This document shows, in pieces, positions 51,205 to 64,000 of a DNA stretch of 64,000 nt. Position 1 is the first letter of the stretch; each line of letters begins with the position of its first letter. Position numbers and translations under genes: made by a program. The stretch spans positions 124,001 through 188,000 of the forward strand of contig JAAOMT010000586.1 of NCBI GenBank assembly GCA_016748015.1, written 5' to 3'. The notes beneath the pieces are model-generated. The model was given only the letters and a program-made list of their open reading frames with translations. It had not been told where the DNA came from and made no database searches. The stretch is from Geosiphon pyriformis uo1. Its lineage: Eukaryota; Fungi; Glomeromycota.

Positions 51205-53052
51205 TGTTACCAGAGGTTTTTGGTCTCTTTTCCTAAATGTTGTTGATGCCTGTTTGCTGTGAATTCATGTTTTCTGGATGTGGTTGAACCTCCAGTAACT
51301 GAATTTATCTTCAAATTATTTCCTATAATTTGAACTGCTGGACTTATAAGTGGAATAGCCAATTCTGTGCCAGTTGTTTTGTGTAGTTATGTTGTAGTAA
51401 ATGTCAACTCTTTCCCAGAAATTGCTCATCTGGAAGCTCACTAAAAATGTGTAGTTACTTTGCTGTGAAAGTCAACTCTTCTACAGGAATCTCGTCTGTA
51501 GATTACCCTAATGATTATGATAAGAAAATAAAAAAAAATAAAAGAAATGTAAAAGAAATAGAATTTTATCAAAAAAAACGTTGTTACGGTTTAAGAATTT
51601 AGCAAAAAGAATCATAAAAATAATACAAACTATTCAATCATAATATAGCACAGTAATAATCTTAGAAAGGTAATGATTAACATAGTAGCAAACACCATCT
51701 CGCGATAGTGGCAAGCACCAGTTCACAATAGCAGCCAACACCAACTGGTGATAGCAGCAAGCACCAGGTTGAAATATCAAAAAGAAAGTATTTTCTTGTA
51801 GAACTACAAACATGTATATATACAGTAGTTTTAATATTGGGAAAGAATCAATCAAGTAATAAAAATCATAACTTATCAAGCAATAGGTCCAATTTTATCC
51901 AACAAACTCCACTTTAAATCATACTTTCAAATTAAATATCCCAAGAAACCTTTAAAATCAAAAAGAAATGAAAAAGAATATTTAAAACTGAACTATCACA
52001 ACCCAAAGTATTAAGAAACTTACTTGTATTATTTATTGAATGAAACTATCATTCATCAACTGAATCCCTTGGAAGAATAATCCTTGATCAAGATTATTCA
52101 CGTTGTTACTAATTGATAAAAGCTTTATTGTGAGAATTAGAAAAGCGCTAAAGACCATTAACATTCTGTGTTTCTAGATTAGAGAAACACATCAGGCAAT
52201 TGCAAGGATAGCCTCAGAGAAGACCCCAGACAGTGGGTAGATTTCAGTTCAGCCTCTGAGAAGGAGTACATAAACACACACAACAATCAAGAATTAAAGA
52301 ATAACTTACATCGCAACAGTAAAAAGAAAGCCTTCAGTGTAACAGTGACATTATCACACAAATAGAATTGAGGAACTCACGAAAGACTGATTGCAATTAA
52401 AGCGGGATATCAGCAATTAAATATAACAAGAAAACCATCCCATAACAACGTTTTCTATCTAGGCCTGGAGTCACTAACAGTTTATTGAAATTGGTAGCTA
52501 ATCAATTTCAAAATGTTAGTTGGGTTTTGGGGATTTTCCAAGTGCAATAATTAAAGAATTTGGTTTTTTGAATTATTTGATATTTATTTCTTTTTGTGTG
52601 TGTAGGAATGATTCTAAGTGATAAATCTAAAGTAAAATACATTTTTTCGAAAAGAAAAGTTCTTCTTTTATACAACTTGTTATAACACTATTCTATAAAC
52701 TTGAACTTTGCTCTTTTCTACAATTTCACTGAACTAAAGATACATTTCAGCAAACTACAAGTTATTTCTGCAAACTATTAGATATTTTGGTGGACTATCA
52801 ATTATTTCGGCAAATTTCTACAAATTTTGGCAAACTTTTGAATGTTACATATTTCAGGGTATTGCATGATTAATCATCACACTTAGATTATATTTGTGTT
52901 ATGTACAAATTGGGTTATTAATTAAATGATAATTTCGGACATTTTGCTAATGTAATAAGTGATAATTTGAAACGATAATATATGCTAATTAATGATAAGA
53001 TTTATAAGAGTAATTTCATGCTAAACAATATTTCTAATTTCGTCTGGTAATA
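51205..53052 (-). repeat. 3' LTR of element I (interrupted at 51582-52447)
   Basis: Collinear with 60982-61958, which has the empty site AAAACGTTTTCTATC. Confidence 0.93.
51582..52447 (+). mobile_element. Solo LTR, family H, TSD ACGT
   Basis: TGTTACGG...CCCATAACA; ACGT at 51578-51581 and 52448-52451. Confidence 0.96.
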
Positions 53053-53740
53053 TAATCTCCTTCTCAAGACTGAGCTCCATCAAAGTCCAACTACTGTCTG
53101 TAATTTCCAGATAATAATCCAAAATTCTTGAAGAAATTTGGTCTGAAAATTGTTGAAATTTCAGTTCTGTAAGCTTTCCAATGTATTGAATCTTCAAAGG
53201 CTGAAAAATTGGGTTTTGTAGAACGTTTTCACAGGTGTGGAATAGGTCATAAAATCTAAGAGCAGCTCTTAGTTTATAATGACTGTTTGTAGGTCCAGTT
53301 GTTGTTTTGAATTCATTGTAGAGTTGTTTTCAAATAGCTTCTTTTGTGAGGTTTGCTGCTGTAAGCTCCCATTTTTGTTCATGAAGTGTTTTTCCAATGT
53401 AGAAATATCTATATATTGGAGTATAGTTGTAGTTTTCTTCATTAAGACACAGTTGAAGTTTTTGTTGAATAGTAGCATTTGGTGGAATACTAATAGGAGT
53501 GAGCATTAAGTTTTCTCTTAAAGCAAGCTTTAAAAGTTTTGGCAGATGAATTCCAGAATAACTTCTTGTGTTTTTCTTATATGGGTGATATTTTCATGAA
53601 TTTGGGGCTAAATTTGTGACTACTTCTGTTTGGGTATAATTAATATGGTTTCTAGTAACAGTAATAGATAATTCGGGTATTGTTTTTAAAGCTAACATTA
53701 GTTTTTGGAATAATTGTTGAATGTTTTAAGGAATAGTCAT
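53053..53740 (-). pseudogene. Element I ORF3
   Basis: ATG 53740: MTIPxNIQQLFQKL...YRYFYIGKTL...RAALRFYDLF...IGKLTELKF; the frame runs through the PPT into the LTR. Confidence 0.75.
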
Positions 53741-53862
53741 TATAAGAGATTTGAAAATAAAAGAAAATTATTTTTGGTGTATGGGTTTTTATGTTATTTT
53801 TGTTTTGTTTTTGTGAGATTGTTTCTAAATTATAAGAAGATAACTATAATAATAAATTTAAA

Positions 53863-55245
53863 TTAAGTGTTCAAGTTGGGAGGTTGTTTAATAACAATTA
53901 TTGGTTCTAAATTCCAGGGAATATCTTCGGGATTGATTAAAGGGGAATGTGTGCCAATTTGTAGAATTAATGGTTCAGGATTGTTTCTGGAATTATAGTG
54001 TTTCAAACAATCTTCATGTGTAACTTTTGCTAGGATTTTGTCATCAAGTCTTAGCTTGTATGATCCATTGCCTAGGACTTCATAGATAAAGAATGGTCCA
54101 TCCTATTTATTTTCAAATTTTCCACTCCATTGTTTTTCAGCTTTAGTTCTGTGTAAGAAAACTTTGTTTCTGATTTTAAATCCATTGGTAATTGGAGACA
54201 ATTTGTCATCATGCTGTTCTTTTTGTTGAGCTTGGGAGTGTTTAATATGGGTGGTTGCTATTCGTCATTTTCCTTTCAATGTGCTAAGCAGAGTGTAGGC
54301 TCTTTATTGTAGTGTTTCCTGGAAATTGTTTTTATCAATTGGTTGTGCTGGGTATGTTTCCACTGTAAAACTAATTGGTAATATTGCTGTCCTTCCATAA
54401 GTTAAATCAAATGGTGTGTGTTTTGTGGTATTTTGTTTTAATGTTCTATATGCTAGTAACACTAATGGAATAAAGAGATCCCATTCTTGCTCAAAATTGG
54501 TTGAGACTTTGGCTAATAATTCACACAATGTTCTGTTAAAACATTCTACAAGTCTATTTGTTTGTGGATGGTAGGACGAAGATAATGGTCTCTTGACATT
54601 AAATTGTCCACAAATTTCCTGGATTAAATTGTTCATAAAATGTGTTCCTTGATCAGATAAAAGTTCTATTGAACATCCATGTCTACAAATGATGTTTTCA
54701 TAGATGAAGTTTGCTACTAATTTTGCATCTGCTCGTTGAATAGCTCTGGCTTTAGACCATTTGGTAGTCTACTGCTACTGCAATATAACAGTTTCCTTGG
54801 TTTGTGATAGGGAGTGGTCCAACTAAATTGATACCAACTCGGTCAAAAGGCTGTCCAACTTTGATTGAGTTTAAAGGTTCTGTAGGGTGAGTTCCTCTTT
54901 TTCTTTGACAATTATCACAAGACTTAACATATTCATGAATGTCTTTTCTCATTTGAGGCCAAAAATAATATTCTAGTGTTCTCTGAATGGTGCTGTCTTT
55001 TCCTAGGTGTGCTGATGAAAGATCTAAGTGCATGTTATATAAAATGATTTTTTTTTTTCATGTTCTTGTATTAATCTAAGCAGACTGTCTGGGTTTCTGA
55101 AGTTTTGATAATAAATAATGTTGTTGTGTAAGAAGTATTGTTTGGCTTGTTGTTGTAACTGACGTTTTTCATTTAGAGACCAATCTGTTGGGATTGTTAA
55201 TGTCTCCAAATATTGTTTAAGATTGTTGTAGTTTTTGGGGTTCAT
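53863..55245 (-). pseudogene. int: Element I ORF2 integrase
   Basis: 55024..55245 MNPKNYNNLKQYLET, 54752..55033 HHCC, 54304..54636 core. Confidence 0.88.
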
Positions 55246-55285
55246 TGTTTGTTGTTTTGTTGTTGTTAATTCAAATGAGTGTTGG

Positions 55286-58200
55286 TTAATCTTGCCTCAT
55301 TCTTGAGAGACAATCAACATTGGTGTGGAGTTTTTCTAGTTTGTGGTGTACAATGTATTGGTAGTTGGCTAAAAATTCTGTCCATTGGGTTTGTTTTGCA
55401 TTCAGTTGGGTGTTTTTGTTCTGAAGCCATTTGAGTTCAATATTATCAGTGATAATATCGAATTTTTTAGGCCTGAGATAAAGGTTGAAGTGGTGTAGGG
55501 CCCAGATTACAGCTGCTGTTTCTAGTTCTATGGCAGAGTAGTTTTTCTCAGTTGGTTTTAATGTTTTGCTAGCATAAGCAATTACTCACTCATTTTTGTT
55601 GTCATCTTATTGTAATAAGATGGCACCAAAGACAGTATAAGAAGTGTCTGTAGCTAGTTAAAATCAGTTACTGAAGTCTGGATAAACAAGAATTGGAGCT
55701 GTTGTTAGCTTTTTCTTAAGAATTTCAAAAGCTTTTTGGTGTTTTTCTGTCTATTTGTATTTAACATTTTTAGTAGTGAGCTGGTTAAAAGGTTTTGCGA
55801 TTTCTGAGAATTCTTTGATGAATTTTCGGTAATAGGAAGCTAATCCAATAAATCCTCTCAATTCTGTGGTATTTCGTGGAGTCTTGAAGTTTTTGACAGT
55901 GCTGATTTTTCCGGAGTCTGTTTTAATTCCATCTTTGCTTACAATGTGGCCAAGAAAGGCCAAACTCATTTTTCTGAAGTAGCATTTTTCAATGTTCAGT
56001 TTCAATCCTGCTTTCCATAATCATTGAAAAACTTTTTGCAGGTGTTTTAAGTGTAATTCAAAAAATGGTGAATAAACATCAGTATCATCGAAATAGACAA
56101 CTACTGATTTCCAAAGGAGGTCTTTGTAAACAACATCCATGAGTCTTTGGAATGTTGCTGGTGTATTGCATAATCTGAAAGGCATTACATTGAACTCGTA
56201 ATTTTCTCCTTAAGTGGTGAATGCTGTTTTGGGGTGATCTTTGGGATCCATGACAACTTGCCAGTATCTACTTTCTAAATCTAATGTCAAAAAGTATTTG
56301 GATTTTCCAAGAGCGTCCAACATATTATTAATTTGGGGAAGGAAGTAGACATCTCCAATGGTGACACTGTTGAGTTGTCGATAATTAACACAAAATCGTA
56401 TCTTTCCATTTTTCTTTTTAATTAAGACCACAGGTAAGGCCCATAGACTCATTGATGGTTGAATAAGCCCATTGTTGAGCATCCGTTATATTTTTTCACG
56501 GATAAATTGGTGACTTCCTAGAGCAACTCAGTAGGCTTGTTGTCGCCTTGGTTTGGCATCTCCTGTATAGATTTGGTGTTGAACCAAATTGGTTCTTCCT
56601 AAGTCATTGTTGTTTTTAACAAAGATATCAGCAAATTCTACAATTAGCTCTTTAAGCTGGTTCTGTTGTTGTGGTTCAAGTTGTCTCATGTTGATTTGAG
56701 ATAGTTTTTCTATGACAACATGATAGTTTTCAGAGCTGGGGTTTGGGTTGATTTTTGGTAGTAAATGTTCAATAATTTCAGAGAAATTGGAGACTGTTTG
56801 GGGTAATTTTTGTTGAAAAATATTACTATAAATAACTCCAATTTCTAAGTTATTTAATAAAACTATGGGGAAATTGTTGAGATTGTAAAAAGTAATTCAG
56901 ATTTTCTTTGTTTTTTCTGGAATATAAATGTTTGGAATCGAGATATTATATTTCAAGCAGATTTGTTTGTTGGACTCAAAAATTTGTTGTGTGGTTGTTG
57001 GCTTTTCACAAGTATAAGTTTCAAGGTGTTCTTCAAAGAGTAAAATGGTAATTGGTTGTGTAAGTTGTAAAATTTGGTGAGATTCTTTCTGTTCATTGAG
57101 AGCTATGTTTACTGGAACTGTGAATCGTCCAGTTGAACCAAAACCTTAAGTTCCTCTTTCACTTTTTCCCAATAGTTCTCTTTGATTGACTAATTGTAAA
57201 CCCGAAATGTTGATTAAGAGTAAATAAATGGCTTGAACAATTTTCTCAGCATGTTCAATCTTAAATGGCTTGTTAGTTTCATTTTGGAGTATTACTGTTA
57301 TGTCACCAGTATATCCAGCATCAATTATTCCTCCTCTAACATTGATTCCTTTGCTTGTCAGAGAAAACTAGGAGGCAATTTGAATCATTGCTCCTAGTGG
57401 AATTTTGAGAGCAATTTTGAGGTTGATTTTTGTGAGAGATTTGGGTTTAAAAATAAGAGTATCTTTGTCTGAATATCTTAGGTCATATCCAGCATCAATT
57501 TCATGTGCTTTTTCAGGTTTTATTCCTTGTCTATTGTTGTTGAAGTATTTGAGTTGTAAGACAGGCTGGTTTTTAATAAGATAGATAAGTGTTGCTTCAA
57601 TTTCTTCTGTTGCTTTGGGTTCTCCAAATTCAATTTTGTTTTCATCGTTTTTACTGGGCAGAAGAATGCTAAGAGCATAGCATTCAGGACACCACTGTTC
57701 ATTACAAGGCATAATGCATTCTTCACATAGCCTAATATTCATTTGCTCTAATTGTTGAATTTAAGCTTCTTGGGTTAAGTAGGTGTAACTTGCAATTTGG
57801 TGGTAGACTTCTACTTCATCTTCATAATCAAATCCAGCTAATTCCATAGTGTATTCAATGTATTCTGCTTCCTTCATTTGACAGACATCTTTTTTGGTAG
57901 CTCTATTAATTAATGCTATTGCTAGGTCGAAAATCATCTCAGCATTATGGGAGTAGTGATAAAGTTTGTTAAAAGCACTGTTGTATGTCACATTAAAGGG
58001 TGTTCCTCTTTTTACTTTTTCTGAAATTGATAAAGCATATTGGCAGATCTGATCACAGACTCCTCCTCTCATTGCTATATCAATTCAATTGCATTCTTCT
58101 GGTAGCATATCTTCACAAGTCAAACAAGGGGTGTTGTCCTATTTTCTACTTCTTTTTATTAGATGGTCCTATCATTCTCTGTGACAAGCCTTGCAGTAAT

Positions 58201-60936
58201 AACAAGTATAATTTTTATATTCTTCTTCAGATGAAATGCAGGCTCTCATTGAGAAGAATTTCTTGTGACAGTCCTTGCATTTGAGTGGAATGTAGGGGCG
58301 TTGTTTTCATGGTTCTGGTTTTGAATAGGGAACATTCTATCCAGTTGTCACTGGTTTTTTTGTTTCAAGAGAATTATTTGTTGAAAAGTACTGTTGTTTA
58401 GTTTTATTGGCCCAATTGGAGGTTGATCCAAGTGCCATAAATGTTTCAATAATGGGCTTTTCTTCTTCCAGTTCGAATTCAAAAGCCAGGGCTTTTTCGG
58501 AGCGTTTGTTGAATGTACCACAAGTGGCAGATACCCAGGTGTGTTGTTTTTGGTAGGAGATTGTTAACTCTTGTGTTTCCCAATTCAGATTAGCATTGGC
58601 TTTTTGAAGCCAATCATTTCCAATGAGAGCTTGATACTGGGGTGCATCTATTACAAGAATTTTGACTGGAATGGTGATTCCATCAAAAGTGAATGAAAAA
58701 TTGTCAATTTCTCCTACTGGAGTCTTTTTCATCCCATCGGCAGTAACAATTACTGTTTAAGCTGGTCAGTCAACATTTCTCTTTAACTGTTGCATTAACT
58801 GGTAGGTAATGATGCTTCTGGCAGATCCACTGTTTAGAATTAAGCAAATTGCCTTTCCTTCGACTTCTGCTTTAGTGTACATAGCAGTGATTGCTTTTTG
58901 TTCATTGGCAGCTGCATTGCTAGAAATGGCGACTCATTTGCTTCAAACTCAAAAGGAAATATGTCTAAAAGGTTGGCGTTTTCAGCAATTCTGGCTGGTG
59001 GGATTGTGGTAGGAGTATAGAAAAGGTTTTGTTGTCATGCTGCAGCTCTACCTTCTGAGAATGCAGTATAGTCAAAATCCTGTTCTTCAGGTATTGTAAG
59101 ATAGCTAGATTGAGTAGAATAATGGGTGGGTTTTGGCTAAGCTGGATTTCTGGGAACTAATTAGTTGTTCAAATTGATTCTATTGTTATTTACTTGGTAT
59201 CAGTTTTGTGGTGTAAATTGATTTTGTGGAATTAATCTTCGAGCAGGCACTTGATAATATTGTGTGGGTGGTTGTTGGTATTGCTGTTGAATTGGCTGTA
59301 GGGCAGGCTGATAATAGTTACTTTGATATTGGGGTTTTGGTGGATAGTAAACTGATGGTAGTGGTTGATAATAAAATTGCTGTGGTAAAGGGTAACGTTG
59401 ATTACTTCTATTTTGTTGGTTTTGTTGTAGCTTTCTGCAATTTCTTTTCCAGTGACTAGGAATTCCACAGTAATGGCAACTCTGAGGCTGGTTATTAAAG
59501 GATGATGTGAAGTTGTTTTGATTCTGTCTTTGGGGTGGTTAATATCTTTGGGGTTGCTGTTGTTGTTGGTTGGTAAAATAGTTTTCGATTTTCTTTGTAA
59601 GTTGGTCAATTTTCTCTTCAGCTGCTGAGTTAGTCTCTCCAATGGCTAAGTTCACAAGCTTTGTACTATTGGCTTCTTTCATGGCCATTTCATATCTCTT
59701 TGTATGCTGAATGACAGAGTTTAAATTTTCTGGGGCATGTGGGTGAACTTTTTTAATCAGTTTATCTTTTAAACCAGCAATAAATTGATCCAGAATTTGA
59801 GCATCAGAATAATAATCATTAGTTTTAAGTTGGTGAATTTGTCTGAGAAGTTTGTTGAATTTCCCAATATAAGTCATAACAGATTTGGAGGGTTCTTGTT
59901 TAATATTGCGAAAATGATTTTGAAGTGTGATTGAGGTGTTGTTATCGGTAAATTGTTCTAAGAAGGCAGTTTTGAAAGCTGTCCAGTCATTAAAAGGGGT
60001 GGTCAAGTTTTCAAACCATTTGCCTACTGTTCCTTTGAGAAAGTAAGGAATTGTTCTTAACATTCTGGCAGCATTCCATCCATTTGTATCTCCAGCTTTA
60101 GTAACTTGGTTGAGCCATTCTTGGGGACTGGTCTCAATATCTTCTTCATTAAATTCAGGAATTTTTGCAATATAAGCTGTCATTTTGTCTTCTTTCTTGT
60201 TATCTGTTAATTCACTTTCTTCTTCGGATTCTACTTTTTCTTCAATGAATTCAGAAATGTTTTCTTCATTGGCTAATGTTTCAGAGTGTTTGCTTGTGTT
60301 TTCTGCTAAATAGTCAAGAAAATTGGTACTAGTCTGAAGGGTTTCTTGTTGTCTGGTGAGACTTCTGGGTAATGTATAATCTTCTAGTCTTGAAAATCGA
60401 TTTAAAAGTAAATTAGGAGTTTCTACTTGTGCAAGTGAAGCTAGAAAAGATGTAATAGTGAGTGGAAGTTTTGAATTGGTTCTTTGTTCAGGTGTTTGTA
60501 AGTATTTGGCAGTTGTTTTTGGTAGTATTGGAGTATTTAGGGTGGTTTTTGAGTATTGCCTCAATATTTGTTTGCCTTTGTTGCTTGTTTTTGTCTCTGA
60601 TTCAAAGTCAAAAGAGTATTTAGACTGTACTGGGTATTTTTCTTCACAGTACTCAATAATGTTAAAATTAAGTTCTTAGAAGTAGGTAGCAAGTGTTTCA
60701 CTGTTCAGGTTTTCTGTTCCCAATTGTGAATAATGCACTAAATTATTGTAGAGGTTGCTTCTAACTTCTGAAATGTTGTAGTTTCCAAAAATATAATTGT
60801 TGATGCAGTTTTCAATGTATTGGTATACTGATTTTTTGACAATTTCAATTCCGTCTGGAATGTTGAATTTTTGCTTGCAGTGTGTATAAATTGACTGGTA
60901 ATACTCTAGAGTTACTGTGTCTGGTGTGGTTGCCAC
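55286..60936 (-). pseudogene. gag-pol: Element I ORF1 gag-PR-Cys module-dUTPase-RT-RH
   Basis: 60676..60936, 59539..60564 capsid, 58337..58732 protease, 57368..57742 DAGYDL, RT YFDD ~56085-56096; ends DCLSRMRQD*. Confidence 0.92.
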
Positions 60937-60981
60937 TTTGAATTTGTTGTTGCTGTGTTATTTCCATGGGAGAGCACCAAA

Positions 60982-61958
60982 TGTTATTGAAGGTTTTTGG
61001 TCTCTTTTCCTAAATGTTGTTGATGCCTGTTTGCTGTGAATTCACGTTTTTTGGATGTGGTTGAACCTCCAGTAACTGAATTTATCTTCAAATTATTTAC
61101 TATAATTTGAACTGCTGGGCTTATAAGTGGAATGGCCAATTTCATGCCAGTTGCTTTGTGTAGTTACATTGTAGTAAACATCAACTCTTTTCCAGAAATT
61201 GCTCATCTGGAAGCTCACTAAAAATGTGTAGTTACTTTGCTGTGAAAGTCAACTCTTCTACAGGAATTTTGTCTGTAGGTTACCCTAATGATTATGATAA
61301 GAAAATAAAAAAAAATAAAAGAAATGTAAAAGAAATAGAATTTATCAAAGAAAACGTTTTCTATCCAGGTCTGAAGTCACTAACAGTTTATTGAAATTGG
61401 TAGCTAATCAATTTCAAAACGTTAGTTAGGTTTTGGGGATTTTCCAAGTACAATAATTAAAGAATTTGGTTTTTCGAATTATTTGATATTTATTTTTTTT
61501 TGTGTGTATAGAAATAATTCTAAGTAATAAATCTAAAGTAAGATATATTTTTTCGAAAAAAAAAGCTCTTCTTTTATACAATCTGTCATAACACTATTCT
61601 ATAAACTTGAACTTTGCTCTTTTCTACAATTTTGCTGAACTAAAGATACATTTTGGTGAACTACAAGTTATTTCTGCGAACTATTAGATATTTCAGTGGA
61701 CTATCAATTATTTCAGCAAATTTCTACAAATTTCGGTGAACTTTTGAATGTTACATATTTTGGGGTATTGCATGATTGATCATCATACTTAGATTATATT
61801 TGTGTTATGTACAAATTGGGTTATTAATTAAATAATAATTTTGGACATTTTGCTAATGTAATAAGTGATAATTTGAAACGATAATATATGCTAATTAATG
61901 ATAAGATTTATAAGGATAATTTTATGCTAAACAATATTTCTAATTTTGTCTGGTAACA
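60982..61958 (-). repeat. 5' LTR of element I
   Basis: TGTTATTGAAGG...CTGGTAACA, adjacent PBS. Confidence 0.94.
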
Positions 61959-61962
61959 CTGC

Positions 61963-62496
61963 TTTGTAGAAAACTTTTCAAACATTGCCAAACCCCTTAA
62001 TTACCTACTATCCAAAAATGTGAAATTTGAATGGACTGAAGCACAACAAAAAGCTTTTGAGTATCTTAGACAAAAGCTCATTGAATCACCAATAATGATT
62101 TATCCAAATTTCAACAAAAAATTCATTTTGGCCACAAATGTCTCTGGAACTGGACTTGGAGCCATTCTGTCACAAAAAGATGATAATGGAAGAGAATGTG
62201 TAATTGCTTATGCTAGCAGAAGTCTCAGTATGGCAAAGCAAAACTATGCAGTACACGAACTTGAATACTTAGCAGTAGTTTGGAGTTGTGTTCACTTTGA
62301 TACATATTTACGGTACTAACTCTTTGAGATTACCACAGATCATAAAAGTCTGGTCTGGTTAAATAACAAGAAAGTGCTAAAAAAAAAATACACCAGATGA
62401 TCACAAATATTAGTACCATACAATTATATTATCAAATACAAAAAAGGTACCAAAAATGCTAATGCTGACTGTTTGTCAAAAATAAGACACACATAA
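61963..62496 (+). pseudogene. Element H ORF1 end: RT connection and RNase H
   Basis: 62020..62319 (FILATNVSGTGLGAIL, ELEYLA), TDHK, NADCLSKIRHT*. Confidence 0.9.
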
Positions 62497-62525
62497 AAAT
62501 CACCAACCCACCCACAACAACAACA

Positions 62526-63401
62526 ATGAACAACCACTTTTACAAAAACCTCAGCCAATACTTGGAAACACTATAAATAGACAAAGAAATGCCAGTAAAA
62601 GAGCTAATTAAGCTCGAAAAATTAGCAAAACACTATTTTATCCAAAATCACATACTTTATTACTAGAATCAACAAAATCTAGATAATCTATTAAGAGTTA
62701 TAACTATGAATAAAAAAGAAACTATTTTATTTAACATGCACTCAGATATTTATTCAGGCCACTTTGGAAAAACAGCAATCATCCAATGTGTAACTAGCTG
62801 TTACTATTGGCCAAAAATGAGTTCAAACATAATCCAATACATAAGAAATTGTGACCCATGTCAACAAAAAGAAGGAGTAAAAACAATGGAATTATTAAGA
62901 CCAATAAAAGTTGGACAGCCATTTAACAGAATTGAAATTGATTTAGTTGGACCCTTACCAATAACAACAAGAAACAACCATTATATTACAATAGCTGTGG
63001 ACTATTTCACCAAATGGCCAGAAGCTAGAGCTATTAAAACAGCTAATGCTATTTCCGTAGCTCAATTTGTACATGAAGACTTAATTTGCTGGCATCTTAA
63101 AAAAACTTAGCCAAAAATTTGGAATCAAGCAACCACTGTCATTACCATACCACCCACAAACAAATGGGATAGACCATTTTATATTCACAAAATACTTGAA
63201 AATGGAGCATACAAACTAAAACTAGATGACAAAATATTAAGAAAAGCAGCACATGATAACTGGCTGAAATTCTATTACAGTAAACCAGTAATAACAACAA
63301 AGACACCCAGAATTGGAACACAATTACCTTTAATTTTACCAGAACAAATTCCATAAGATTTAGAACCAATAGTTTTAATTGAACATTATTCAAAAAAATA
63401 A
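62526..63401 (+). pseudogene. int: Element H ORF2 integrase with internal deletions
   Basis: ATG 62526; MHSDIYSGHF...CDPCQ; IDLVG; the SDQG and ERFN segments are missing. Confidence 0.85.
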
Positions 63402-63443
63402 TTAATCTTAAATCACAGCAAAAATGATTTAACAACCATAAAA

Positions 63444-64000
63444 ATGCATACAAAAGATTCCAAAATAGCAGTCAAAATTAAAACAATGATACTTATTTCA
63501 GAAAACATCAACAATATAACTCAACAATTAGTTGAAAGCTTACAACAATTAAAATCCGATCTGGAAATCACAATTAATAGCTCCAAAATAACATACATAA
63601 AAAGAACAATAGAAAATCCAAAAACAAGAAAAGAACATAACTTTGAACCATATAATATTACCAAACATAACAACAAATTTATCAGCAAAGTTATTGAAAA
63701 ATTAGAGATAGCATTGGGCAATACATTAATAATGGAAAAAATAGAAATAAGTGAATTAACATCAGACACATTTAACAACTTGAAAATGAAATTTCCAATT
63801 AACTACTGTTATTATCAACTAGGAAAGTACTTAAACATACAAACATTATACTCAAAAGACTTAACTAGAGTGTTTGACAAAACAACAATCCAACTATTAG
63901 AACCTTTTATTGGAAAAACCAACACTACATTCCATTCAAAAACAGTTTACAGAATTTTCAAAGCATTTGAAAACTGTCACAAACTATTATTGGACCCAAC
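63444..64000 (+). CDS. Element H ORF3, open to the window end (absent from the ORF track because it has no stop)
   Basis: MHTKDSK...MILISENINNITQQLVESLQQLKSDLEITIN...FPINYCYYQLGKYLNIQTLY...KTVYRIFKAF; homologous to B ORF3. Confidence 0.8.
   Translation, partial: MHTKDSKIAVKIKTMILISENINNITQQLVESLQQLKSDLEITINSSKITYIKRTIENPKTRKEHNFEPYNITKHNNKFISKVIEKLEIALGNTLIMEKIEISELTSDTFNNLKMKFPINYCYYQLGKYLNIQTLYSKDLTRVFDKTTIQLLEPFIGKTNTTFHSKTVYRIFKAFENCHKLLLDP

Larger units (their letters stand above)
51205..61958 (-). mobile_element. Element I: full-length Gypsy element (LTR family D), TSD CTGC
   Basis: LTRs 51205-53052 (with insert) and 60982-61958; CTGC at 51201-51204 and 61959-61962; PPT GAGAAGGAGATTA 53053-53065; PBS TGGTGCTCTCCCATGG 60964-60979. 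Confidence 0.96.
45072..64000 (+). mobile_element. Element H: Gypsy element (LTR family H), interrupted by element I, 3' end beyond window
   Basis: 5' LTR 45072-45946; PBS TGGTGAACCTTACGAGG 45949-45965; RT reads YYCC|FVENFSNIAKPL across the element I insertion. Confidence 0.92.

Overview
Very AT-rich eukaryotic DNA, probably fungal. The TE proteins resemble Glomeromycotina ones such as Geosiphon, but that is from memory and not verified. I found no host gene. The window is almost entirely a deep nest of decayed Ty3/Gypsy-type LTR retrotransposons from four LTR families (here called A, D, F, H), plus the 3' end of a LINE. Nesting resolved from LTR termini and 4-bp TSDs: LINE(+) < elemA(-, <1-20292) < elemB(+, 819-11748) < H-family LTR(-, 10329-11060). 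Separately: elemC(-, from 21154) < elemE(+, from 25560) < elemF(-, 26555-37550) < solo A LTR(+). Also elemE < elemG(-, from 37645) < elemH(+, from 45072) < elemI(-, 51205-61958) < solo H LTR(+). Comparing the copies gives one shared and unusual genome plan. ORF1 appears to start at GUG and runs through an AUG-poor ~250-330-codon extension, capsid (own AUG), CCHC, protease, a Cys-rich module, dUTPase, a dUTPase-like repeat, RT and RNase H. It ends at a conserved TAA. Integrase is a separate ORF2 with its own ATG in 7/7 copies. A conserved non-env ORF3 abuts the PPT. All 10 resolved nested insertions are antisense to their host, the 4-bp target sites are centred on CG or its deamination products, and each LTR family carries a stem-loop with a palindromic loop. 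All coding copies are pseudogenised by C>T/G>A transitions.
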